A stretch of DNA of 37,875 nucleotides. Origin: a virus. Taxonomy: Duplodnaviria; Caudoviricetes. Where the stretch lies: positions 1 to 37,875 of the IMG/VR virus record IMGVR_UViG_3300020045_001674. The stretch is one strand, 5' to 3'. A program made the position numbers and the translations under genes. This document shows, piece after piece, positions 16,107-24,959 of this stretch; the first letter of the stretch is position 1; every line of letters starts with the position of its first letter. The notes beneath the pieces are model-generated. The model saw nothing but the letters and a program-made list of their open reading frames with translations. It ran no database searches and was not told where the DNA came from.

Positions 16107-18626
16107 ATGGCGGACGATAACATAGTAATTGAATACGAAGCAAAGATTGCACAGGCTGAGGCAGCCCTTACCCGTCTTGAGGGCGACCTTAAAAAAGTTG
16201 GCAAGGCTCAATCTGATGTTAATGCTGAAACTAAGAAGTCGGTAGGTATTGTCAATGATTTAAAAAACTCCACACAAAAACTAACAGCAGCAAGGGATTC
16301 AGCCACAGACCCTAAGAAAGTCAAAGAGCTAAATAAGCAAATTGATGTTCAGAACAAGAAGATGAAGGAGCTTACTACTACCACCGAAACACTTGGTAGT
16401 AAGTTTGGTAATCTTGCAAGTCAACTTCCTTTTATAGCTCAAATAAAACAAGTCAAAGACTTGGCAGGTGCAGTAATTGGCGTTGGTAGTGCTGCAAAGA
16501 CTTCGGCAGGAGCGTTTCAATTTTTAAAAGCAGCCATTATATCTACAGGTATTGGTGCTATAATTGTGGGTATTGTTACTGCTGTTACTGCTCTTATTAC
16601 CTATTTAAAACGCACAGATGAGGGAGCGGATAGATTAGCTAAGGGCATGGCTATATTAGGGGCTGTAATGGATGTTGTTACAGGTGTAATTATTGGTATT
16701 GGCGAAGGCGTTTTTAATGCTTTCAGAAGCCTAGAAAATTTTAAGGCTGGATTGCTTTCCGTTGGTGAGCTTATTGGTAACTTTTTCTTAAATAGGGCCA
16801 AGGGTTTGTTAATGATTTTTCAGGCTATTGGAACAATCATAGACGCTACATTTGAAAAGATAAAAGGTAATTCAGTAGAGGCTGCCAAGTTGTACGCACA
16901 AGGAACGGAACAAATGCTCGATGCGACAGCGCAGTTTGTAACAGGTGTTGAAGGGGCAAGACAGAAGATTGGAGAGTTTGCTGATAAGATAGCGAAAGCA
17001 GCAGAAGAGGCTAAGTTATGGCAAGACCGAATGAATAAGCTCGAGGATAAGATTCGGGAAAATTCAGTAGTCATTGCGGAAAACGAAAAGGCAATAACTA
17101 AACTATTAGTTCAAGCAAAGAACAAACAAATAAGCGATGAAGAAAGTTTAAAGCTATTAGAAGATGCAAGTAAATTAGAAAAAGAAAATTTGGCAATTGC
17201 GTTATCTAGCGAAAGACAAAAATTAGCTCTTATACGAGAAAAAAACCAAAGAGAATCCGATTCAATTAATCAAGACATTAAGAATGGAGAAACAAGGAGA
17301 AGTATAAACGACAATCTAGCTCAAGAGGAAGTTGACCAACGTATTAAGATTATAAACCTTGAAAAAGAATCCGCAAACTTACAGGAGAAAATAGAAAACC
17401 GTAAGGATGCTAAGCGAGAAGAAATATTTCAGAACCAACTTAAGCGATTAGGCCAAGAAGAAATTTCTAACGAGAATTTTGCAAAAGCATTATTTATACA
17501 CGGAACAACCAATGCAGAGGAACTTGAAAAAGAACTATTAAAAATAAAGATGCAAGGTTTAAAAAACCAACGTGCATTACTTATTGAAAACGGTAGGGAT
17601 ATTGCCGAAATTGACAAGGCCATTCTTGACCTTGAAGTAGGAATGTTGCTTAAAACACAAAAGGAAAAAGAGGCAATTAAGAAAGCAGAAAATGATAACT
17701 TTCTTAAGATGGTCAAAGAAAGACTTGATGCAGAAGATAAACTTTCAGATGAGAATAGAAAGAAACAAGAAGAAGAGGAGAAAGCGCATCAAGCAAAGAT
17801 AAGGGCTATTGTTGCTGAATCGGCTGGCATATTAGGCGAATTGGTTTCTGGATTAGCAGCCAATAAAGCAGAAGCTAGACAGATGGAACTTGATGAAGAG
17901 CTAAGAAAAAGTCAAGAGGAAACGGATACTAAAACAGCGTTACTACAAAAGCAACTTGACCAAGGCATTATAAGTCAAGAACAATTTGATGCAAGGAAAG
18001 CAGCTATTGATAAAAAGCAAGATGCTAAAGAATCTGAAATTAAGAAGAAACAATTTGAAGCCGATAAGAAGGCCAAGCTATCACAAATAGCAATTGATAC
18101 AGCCGTTGCAGTTGTTAAAACATTCGCATCACTTGGTTACCCTGCTGGCATACCTGCATCTTTGTTGGCTATTGCTGCTGGACTTGCTCAAGCAGCCGTT
18201 GTTCAGTCCACTCCTACGCCTAAGTTCAAGGATGGGGTAATTGACTTACAAGGTAAAGGAACAGCAACAAGTGATAGCATTCATGCGATGTTATCCAAGG
18301 GTGAATCAGTAATGACAGCAAGGGAAACGCAGGAACACATGCCGATATTACAGGCTATACGTGATAACTCTTTGAATGACTACATAAAAGATTCTTATAT
18401 TCTTCCTGCACTACAATCAATAGAGGTTAGCAATAGTAGAGCAAGAGCGGAAAGGGAAAATGTTAAAGATAGAAAGCTAAATGCTATACTAAACAACATG
18501 AATCTTGACACTTCTAATCTTGAACGTGCAACAAAGAATAATAGCAACGTTGGAATTAAGAATACTAAACAATTAGCCAAAGATATGGTTAGAGAAATGC
18601 AAATAAATAGTAACTGGTATAAATAA
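16107..18626 (+). CDS. Tail tape measure protein
   Basis: 839 aa, helical/coiled-coil, Ala/Gly-rich hydrophobic stretches, C-terminal PKFKDG..GTATSDSIHAMLSKGESV. Confidence 0.88.
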   Translation: MADDNIVIEYEAKIAQAEAALTRLEGDLKKVGKAQSDVNAETKKSVGIVNDLKNSTQKLTAARDSATDPKKVKELNKQIDVQNKKMKELTTTTETLGSKFGNLASQLPFIAQIKQVKDLAGAVIGVGSAAKTSAGAFQFLKAAIISTGIGAIIVGIVTAVTALITYLKRTDEGADRLAKGMAILGAVMDVVTGVIIGIGEGVFNAFRSLENFKAGLLSVGELIGNFFLNRAKGLLMIFQAIGTIIDATFEKIKGNSVEAAKLYAQGTEQMLDATAQFVTGVEGARQKIGEFADKIAKAAEEAKLWQDRMNKLEDKIRENSVVIAENEKAITKLLVQAKNKQISDEESLKLLEDASKLEKENLAIALSSERQKLALIREKNQRESDSINQDIKNGETRRSINDNLAQEEVDQRIKIINLEKESANLQEKIENRKDAKREEIFQNQLKRLGQEEISNENFAKALFIHGTTNAEELEKELLKIKMQGLKNQRALLIENGRDIAEIDKAILDLEVGMLLKTQKEKEAIKKAENDNFLKMVKERLDAEDKLSDENRKKQEEEEKAHQAKIRAIVAESAGILGELVSGLAANKAEARQMELDEELRKSQEETDTKTALLQKQLDQGIISQEQFDARKAAIDKKQDAKESEIKKKQFEADKKAKLSQIAIDTAVAVVKTFASLGYPAGIPASLLAIAAGLAQAAVVQSTPTPKFKDGVIDLQGKGTATSDSIHAMLSKGESVMTARETQEHMPILQAIRDNSLNDYIKDSYILPALQSIEVSNSRARAERENVKDRKLNAILNNMNLDTSNLERATKNNSNVGIKNTKQLAKDMVREMQINSNWYK

Positions 18627-20863
18627 TGAGATTTCGATACACATTATCGTCTACTTATTCAGGTTCATTAGTCCTGACCAAAGACCCTAAGGGATGGGAG
18701 TCTATGGAGACTATAATAAAAAGAGGTGCGCAATATCACGGTACATTTTACGAAACAATGGTGCAGCTTCAATTTACTTGTGGGGCTGGTAAAGAATACA
18801 TAGATAATATTTATGAGGCTTATGGAGTAGATGCGCTGGTAAACATTCTTATTGAAATTAACTGCGGTGGAGGTGTTGGAAGCATTGATGCGCCAGACTA
18901 TTCGGACGATTATTCAGACGATTACGGTAGCATAATCACAGGTTCAGGTGCAGCGGTATATGAAACATTCTTTGAAGGCACTTTAGATTTTAGCAAGTAC
19001 AACAAGACTACACGTAGTACATTTGTTGACTTATTGCAATCAGACTTTATTCAGAAAACAATAAACAGATTTGAAACTAAGGTAGAGTTAACTAAAGACG
19101 AAGACTTAGACGGGAATACATTAACACAACTTGCGCTTTCAACTATAACACTGCCTAGTAAAACTATTCAATACGGTACAAGTCTTGAGCTTGATGAAAC
19201 TGCACAGGCTGACACTATAGACTTTCCAGACATAAGCGATTCCTATGCAACATTTTATATTTATCACCCATTTGGAATTATATTTGATGACCTTGGAGCT
19301 TTCCCGATAACGCCTGTTATTGAATCTTTCGATAGCGTAACACAACATCCACAGGCTTTATTTATTGCACCATTTACGGGAACGTATAATATATCATATA
19401 GTTTTATCGGCTCAATGACTATTCAGCATTATGATGATTCTACGGTAACATATGTTTTTGAATTGAAGTATGGAGTCAGTGAAACAGGCGGAGGGTCTAC
19501 TGTTATCGGGTCAAGTTTTGGACAAATATTTACCCCAAATAGCACTCATACATTAGACTTTAGTTTTACAGGAAACTTAACTGTAAATATGGTAGAGGGT
19601 GACGAGTTTCAGTTCTATTTTAGAAATTCAAGTGGTGCTTCTTTTCATATAGATTTTCACCTTGATTATACAACATGTGATTTCAACGCGAATATAAATA
19701 CTGAAACAGTAGCAAGTGATTGCGATACATTTCTTGTGCATGAAGCAGGAGCAGCAATAGCGCAAAGGATAACAGGTTTAGAAGATTGCTTTAGGTCTGA
19801 TTTATTAGGTCGTACAAACTCAATGCCTAATGATTATGTTGATAACGGATGTATGTCTTTTATGGCAATAACTTGCGGTAAGAAAATAAGAAGGATGCCT
19901 ACTGCAAAAAGCCCTATATTTATGTCAATGGCTGAATATTTCAATACTATAAATGCTATTGGAAACGTTGGATTAGGATTTGAAAAGATAGGTACACAAT
20001 ATTATATAAGGATTGAGGAAAAGGAATACTTCTACTCACTTACTTCTTTAATGCAATGCCCATACGCAAATGAAATCAAGACAACCGTAGCGAAAGACTA
20101 CTTTGTAAGTGACATTGAAATAGGCTATGACAAATGGGAAAATGAAGAGGTTAACGGCCTTGACGAGTTTAATACAAAACAGAATTATAACACTGGTATT
20201 AAGTCCATAGAATCAAGAAGGCTTTTATTGTCTCCATTGATAGCATCTGCATACGCTATTGAGTTCACAAGAAGGAAAAAGTATAGTAACTTCCCTAACC
20301 TAGATTGGAAGTACGACAATGACAATTTTATTATATGCCTTAATCGTTCTGTTGATGCCTATAATAATCCTACTGATTTAGACACTGTTGAGCTTGATGA
20401 AAACTATTCACAGATAAATAATGTTCTTGATTCGGAAACAGGTTATAATTATAGGATAAGCCCAAAGAGAAATTTACTAAGGCACTTATCAGTAATTAAC
20501 GGGTCTTTGACAAAGTATGTAAACAGGTTAATTAAATTTGTGTACGGTGAAGGTAATTACTTCATGTCCTCCGAATTTACAGCCGATACATGTGCAGGTA
20601 ACTTTGATAATGAGTTATTAGAAGAAGACCAAGACATTGATTCGACAGCGGTAGGAATTGACCCGATTTGGATACCTGAATATATAGAGTTTGAGTATCC
20701 GATGGGATTCTCTACTTTCTTAACAATAAAAAATAGTCCTTACGGGTGTATAGAAGTATCAAATTCAGATACAGGATTCGTTAAAGGATACATTATAGAA
20801 TTACGCTATAAGCCCGTAGGCGGTATGGCAAGTTTTAAACTATTAAGAGCATTTGAAGCATGA
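18626..20863 (+). CDS. Tail tip / minor tail protein
   Basis: 745 aa, follows the tape measure gene; DPKGW N-terminus, acidic and beta-rich. Confidence 0.7.
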   Translation: MRFRYTLSSTYSGSLVLTKDPKGWESMETIIKRGAQYHGTFYETMVQLQFTCGAGKEYIDNIYEAYGVDALVNILIEINCGGGVGSIDAPDYSDDYSDDYGSIITGSGAAVYETFFEGTLDFSKYNKTTRSTFVDLLQSDFIQKTINRFETKVELTKDEDLDGNTLTQLALSTITLPSKTIQYGTSLELDETAQADTIDFPDISDSYATFYIYHPFGIIFDDLGAFPITPVIESFDSVTQHPQALFIAPFTGTYNISYSFIGSMTIQHYDDSTVTYVFELKYGVSETGGGSTVIGSSFGQIFTPNSTHTLDFSFTGNLTVNMVEGDEFQFYFRNSSGASFHIDFHLDYTTCDFNANINTETVASDCDTFLVHEAGAAIAQRITGLEDCFRSDLLGRTNSMPNDYVDNGCMSFMAITCGKKIRRMPTAKSPIFMSMAEYFNTINAIGNVGLGFEKIGTQYYIRIEEKEYFYSLTSLMQCPYANEIKTTVAKDYFVSDIEIGYDKWENEEVNGLDEFNTKQNYNTGIKSIESRRLLLSPLIASAYAIEFTRRKKYSNFPNLDWKYDNDNFIICLNRSVDAYNNPTDLDTVELDENYSQINNVLDSETGYNYRISPKRNLLRHLSVINGSLTKYVNRLIKFVYGEGNYFMSSEFTADTCAGNFDNELLEEDQDIDSTAVGIDPIWIPEYIEFEYPMGFSTFLTIKNSPYGCIEVSNSDTGFVKGYIIELRYKPVGGMASFKLLRAFEA

Positions 20864-21384
20864 GCATAACACTTATAGATAATCAAGCTGTACGCTTTAG
20901 ATTGCTTACAGAAATAGAGGCCGATACATGCGACTGTGGGGTAAAACCATTTTGCCAAAAGGTAAATAGCTTTGATTCTTCTAAGTTTCAAATACTATCT
21001 AGTAGCGTATTGACTAATGGGAGTTTTGCCGATGGATTAAACGGGTGGCAAATCGAAATAACTATTGCGCTATCTGTTGCTTACTTAAATGAAAGTTCAG
21101 CTGGTGCATGTGATGGGGAAATGACAATAACGGCAAGTGGCGGAACTGCACCGTATGAGTATTCTATTGATGGAATAACTTTTCAAAGCTCAACACTATT
21201 TGAAAACCTATGCGAAGATTGCTATAATGTAATAGCTAGAGATGCAGATGACAACTATGGAACTACTACAATTTGCATAGAAACAAATGTGGATTGCGGG
21301 GCTTATGCAGGTTCAGATACAAATGACTTCTTGGCATTCAATACTAATCAATTATTAAACTGTGAAACAAACGATTTTATTTAA
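20860..21384 (+). CDS. Virion protein with a SprB-repeat-like domain
   Basis: DGEMTITASGGTAPYEYSIDG..FQSS..FENL....Y.V..RDA matches the SprB repeat pattern. Confidence 0.7.
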   Translation: MSITLIDNQAVRFRLLTEIEADTCDCGVKPFCQKVNSFDSSKFQILSSSVLTNGSFADGLNGWQIEITIALSVAYLNESSAGACDGEMTITASGGTAPYEYSIDGITFQSSTLFENLCEDCYNVIARDADDNYGTTTICIETNVDCGAYAGSDTNDFLAFNTNQLLNCETNDFI

Positions 21385-21390
21385 TTTACT

Positions 21391-21888
21391 ATGGCACTAA
21401 CTAACATACTTTACCCTGTCACCGAAGCAATGACAGATTTCTACACAAAAATAAAAGCAGCTATTACGGCCTTGAAAGAATTAGAGGGCGGTACGGCTGG
21501 ACAATATCTAGAAAAGGTAGACGGCACAGACTATAATGTACAATGGTCTACAAAGCCAGCCTATACTATACCTACCTTTGTCAATAGCGGGGTGTGGAAT
21601 ATGATTTCTGATGGAACTATAACGGTTGCGCATGGTATTGCTGACATTACTAAGATAAGAAGCGTTGACGTTATAATAAGAGACGATGCAGGAACAACTT
21701 ATTACGATTTATTCAACTCTCCAAACAGTGTTAATAATAGCCGTGTAAGTGGTAGGTTAGTTTCAATTGACACTACCAATATTTCAATAGCAAGAACAAA
21801 CAGCGCAGACGGTGGTATATTCGACAACGGTTCATTTAATGACGGGGTAATAAATAGAGGCGTAATCACAATTAACTGTATTCCTTAA
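21391..21888 (+). CDS. Short tail-fibre-like protein
   Basis: GGTAGQYLEK....DYNVQW fibre motif; TVAHG beta-rich C-terminus. Confidence 0.6.
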   Translation: MALTNILYPVTEAMTDFYTKIKAAITALKELEGGTAGQYLEKVDGTDYNVQWSTKPAYTIPTFVNSGVWNMISDGTITVAHGIADITKIRSVDVIIRDDAGTTYYDLFNSPNSVNNSRVSGRLVSIDTTNISIARTNSADGGIFDNGSFNDGVINRGVITINCIP

Positions 21889-21889
21889 T

Positions 21890-22783
21890 ATGGCAGCATG
21901 GACGGTAGTAGATAGTGAAGCCTGTTACGATGGCGTGGCAGTTGATATTCCTTTGGTTCAAACCTCTGTACTAACGGTTGGTGTATTGTATTCGGTAAAA
22001 TTTACCATTACCAATATGACTCAAGGGCTGTTACAATTACAAGGATTTGAAGGGACAAACGAGTATACAGAAGACGGAGACTATGAATTTATAGCACTGG
22101 CAAACCTTACGGATATACGGTTTAATCCTTCTACTGATGGGGTAGATATATTTGATGGGTGTATAAGCCTTATAGAAGTTTTAGAAATACCATTTTATAG
22201 TATTGTTGATGGTGATGATGTGGCGGTATTTACCCTTACGGATGACACAGGAGTAACTGCAAGTGGTCGATACATTCAATACAATATTGACTGGTCAGAA
22301 ATTGCAGAAGGTTGCTATTATATTGAGTTTGAAAATAGTTCCCTTACTTACCGTTCAGATTGTTTTGATGTGAAATTAACTCACGAATGTACGAAGCAAA
22401 TTACATGGAACAACAATGAAAATGCCTTTGAGTTCAACTATTCAGACCTTTCATTTACCCAGACTTTACGCATAGAGGCTAGGCTTTGGAAGCCAAGATT
22501 TAAGGCACTAGAGAAAGAGGTCTATGAGTATTCAAGCGGTGACTTAGAAATAACCTACGTAACCAAAGCAAAAGAACAGGTATTTACTACGGAAGACTTA
22601 CCAGAGTATATACATGATGCCTTAAGTATTGCCTTAGATTCCGATAACTTCTATATTGACGGCATTAAATACGTTTTTCCAGACAATGAAACAAGTCCAG
22701 CTTGGAGGAAAAGCAGCAACTTAGCACCGATAGAAGTAACACTTAGACAATCGCAAAACTTAAGGAACGTTAATTGTGGCTAG
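21890..22783 (+). CDS. Minor tail protein
   Basis: 297 aa, acidic, beta-rich, in the tail module. Confidence 0.6.
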   Translation: MAAWTVVDSEACYDGVAVDIPLVQTSVLTVGVLYSVKFTITNMTQGLLQLQGFEGTNEYTEDGDYEFIALANLTDIRFNPSTDGVDIFDGCISLIEVLEIPFYSIVDGDDVAVFTLTDDTGVTASGRYIQYNIDWSEIAEGCYYIEFENSSLTYRSDCFDVKLTHECTKQITWNNNENAFEFNYSDLSFTQTLRIEARLWKPRFKALEKEVYEYSSGDLEITYVTKAKEQVFTTEDLPEYIHDALSIALDSDNFYIDGIKYVFPDNETSPAWRKSSNLAPIEVTLRQSQNLRNVNCG

Positions 22784-23385
22784 AACAATATTGATGAGCC
22801 GATAGATAACGCAGTTTGATGGTATCCAATATCGTCAAGTTTCGTTAATCCTCTATAATGTCTAATCTCAATATTGATTGATGGCTTTTTAACTACTTCA
22901 ACTCCGATTGTGCTAACTATAGAAATATCATCTTTGTCAAATTTTCTATTTGATGTATAAGTAGAGCCTTGGCGATGCACTTTATTATTGTTTCCGAATA
23001 AAATACTGTAACAGGGGGCAGTCATTACATATAACCTTTTCAGCTTTATTTTAATATTTAAAGGGAATTGTACTTGGTTTATTTTCATTGGGTCGTAAAA
23101 GAAATAATTACTTTCTGTTGCATTTCTTTGTGAAATATAGGTATAGGATACTGAATTTTGAGCAAACAATATTTCGGGCTGTAGGTAAATAGACTTGTAA
23201 AGTTTAACGTTTGATGTCATACCTAAAGACCAGCAAAAGGCACTTGAACCGTCTGAATAAGTATTTGTTTCGGTTTTTTCCTTGATTCCAAACCAAGAAG
23301 AACCTGCTGAAGCCCTAAAGCCAATTTGTTGAGCGGTAACGTTTGACACTATGAAAAACGCTACAATAGTTAAGATTTTGTTCAT
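22780..23385 (-). CDS. Outer-membrane beta-barrel protein (PorT/OMP beta-barrel-2-like), antisense moron
   Basis: Signal peptide MNKILTIVAFFIVSNVTA|QQ, IYLQPEILF, QVQFPLNIK, amphipathic strands, terminal Phe. Confidence 0.8.
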   Translation of the reverse strand: MNKILTIVAFFIVSNVTAQQIGFRASAGSSWFGIKEKTETNTYSDGSSAFCWSLGMTSNVKLYKSIYLQPEILFAQNSVSYTYISQRNATESNYFFYDPMKINQVQFPLNIKIKLKRLYVMTAPCYSILFGNNNKVHRQGSTYTSNRKFDKDDISIVSTIGVEVVKKPSINIEIRHYRGLTKLDDIGYHQTALSIGSSILF

Positions 23386-23463
23386 AATATAAATATATAA
23401 CAAATATCGCCCCAAACTAGGAAATATTAAAATAAATAGCGTAATTTGGGTTGTGTGTATTTC

Positions 23464-23495
23464 GTTGCCTACAAAACAGGGCATAATACTGTTTT
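23464..23495 (+). promoter_or_regulatory. Compact H-type pseudoknot motif in the major tail gene leader
   Basis: TGCC/GGCA interleaved with AAAACAG/CTGTTTT. Confidence 0.55.
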
Positions 23496-23519
23496 AAAAT
23501 TCCAAATTTTAAAATAATT

Positions 23520-24062
23520 ATGTCAACTATATGCACAGTTGAAGACTTGGACGACCATGAGTTAATTGGTTGCGGTTTTCGTAAAGGCGGTATACTTGCA
23601 ATTGGAGTAGTGAAGGCAGACCACGGTATTACCGATTGGGAAAGTGCTTCACAGTCTCAAGATGCAATTGATGCAGGAACGCTAAAAATAATCAAAGGTA
23701 TTAAAGGTATTTATCCAGCAGCTTCACCAATCGAAGGCGATAACCCTCGTGCGTGTGGTGCTGATACTATTCTTGATGGGTTTGACAACACAATCACTTG
23801 GAAAGACTACAACGTAGGAAACTTAAATGATTTGTTTTACGCTCAATTGAATCGTTCTGCATTTACTGGATTGGTAATTTACTATTGCCAAGAGCAAGAG
23901 ATTAGAGTAATTGAGAAATCCGTTACCTTCGTAGCTCTTCCTGCTGAATCACCTGAAAGCAATAAAGAAAAACAACTTTACAACATCACAGCAAAATGGA
24001 GTACGTCTGTAAATGATGAATTCCCAACGTTGTACGATGCACCTGCTGGAATCTATGAATAA
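23520..24062 (+). CDS. Major tail (tube) protein
   Basis: 180 aa, acidic, CGFRKGGI N-terminus; has its own leader; size and context fit. Confidence 0.65.
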   Translation: MSTICTVEDLDDHELIGCGFRKGGILAIGVVKADHGITDWESASQSQDAIDAGTLKIIKGIKGIYPAASPIEGDNPRACGADTILDGFDNTITWKDYNVGNLNDLFYAQLNRSAFTGLVIYYCQEQEIRVIEKSVTFVALPAESPESNKEKQLYNITAKWSTSVNDEFPTLYDAPAGIYE

Positions 24063-24903
24063 AGGAATATTGCTCATTGCATTTGGTAAACCATACGGCA
24101 AGATGGCTTTTAATTTGGCTGCATCTATAAAGGTGCGTTCAGAAATTAAAATACATCTTGTTTGTGATGCCGATGCAATGAGTGATATATCTATGAATTT
24201 CTTTGATAGTTTTGAGGTTTATGATTTCAAATTATTGAACGGACGTATTGACCCATGTCAAGCAAAGATTGATATTTATTCATTGTCTCCATTCGACAAA
24301 ACTTTGTTTCTTGATGTTGATGCCGTATGTATGAATTCTTTGGATGCCTTATTTGATAGGCTTTCTGGAACTTCAATATACTTTCAAGTGATGGGAAGGG
24401 GTGGTAAAGAGGATAAGATTACTTATTCTCATTGGGCTTCTAATAAAACTATTTGGGAGCATTTCAAGTTAAAGGATTTAGATATTGTTTCTTCTTGTCA
24501 AACATCTGTAATATATTTTGAAAAAGGTAAAGAGACTAAAAAGTTCTATACTCAACTTCAAAAGAATTATGATAATAGACTTGATAAAAAACAATACTCC
24601 GTTATGTGGGGAATGTCAAAGGCTCACCCTGATGAGTTGTATTATTCTGTTACGGCTACACATATGGGCATACTTCCAGATATTGAAATACAACCATTAT
24701 TTTATCCTAATATTCTAAAAAATGAAGGTGAAATAATGAAAGAGTATCCAGTACTTTCAATCTATGGAGCGCACAGAACTATTAAGAATTACGGCCTTGA
24801 CCTTTACGATAGAATAATGAAAGACGTTATGAAAAAGTTAGGTCTTTATCATAAGTATCAAGGACACAATTTATATAAACTTAAATTTGCAGGACAAAGA
24901 TGA
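24055..24903 (+). CDS. GT-A nucleotide-diphospho-sugar transferase
   Basis: Start MNKGILLIAFG; AKIDIYSLSPFDKTLFLDVD (DxD), QTSVIYF, HPDE. Confidence 0.8.
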   Translation: MNKGILLIAFGKPYGKMAFNLAASIKVRSEIKIHLVCDADAMSDISMNFFDSFEVYDFKLLNGRIDPCQAKIDIYSLSPFDKTLFLDVDAVCMNSLDALFDRLSGTSIYFQVMGRGGKEDKITYSHWASNKTIWEHFKLKDLDIVSSCQTSVIYFEKGKETKKFYTQLQKNYDNRLDKKQYSVMWGMSKAHPDELYYSVTATHMGILPDIEIQPLFYPNILKNEGEIMKEYPVLSIYGAHRTIKNYGLDLYDRIMKDVMKKLGLYHKYQGHNLYKLKFAGQR

Positions 24904-24959
24904 AAGAAGAAAAATGTAAATCGTGTGGCAGTAAGCCACGCCCTATAAAGCCGAGATAA
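24900..24959 (+). CDS. 19-aa CxxC micro-ORF
   Basis: MKEEKCKSCGSKPRPIKPR*; ATGA overlap upstream and TAATG overlap with the portal start. Confidence 0.5.
   Translation: MKEEKCKSCGSKPRPIKPR

Noticed and set aside
195-23484. Longest-ORF starts given in the track (195, 2380, 8010, 12376, 14691, 23484, also 24013)
   Set aside because: Downstream ATGs (225, 2443, 8031, 12391, 14697, 23385, 24055) fit coupling, leaders and domain boundaries better.
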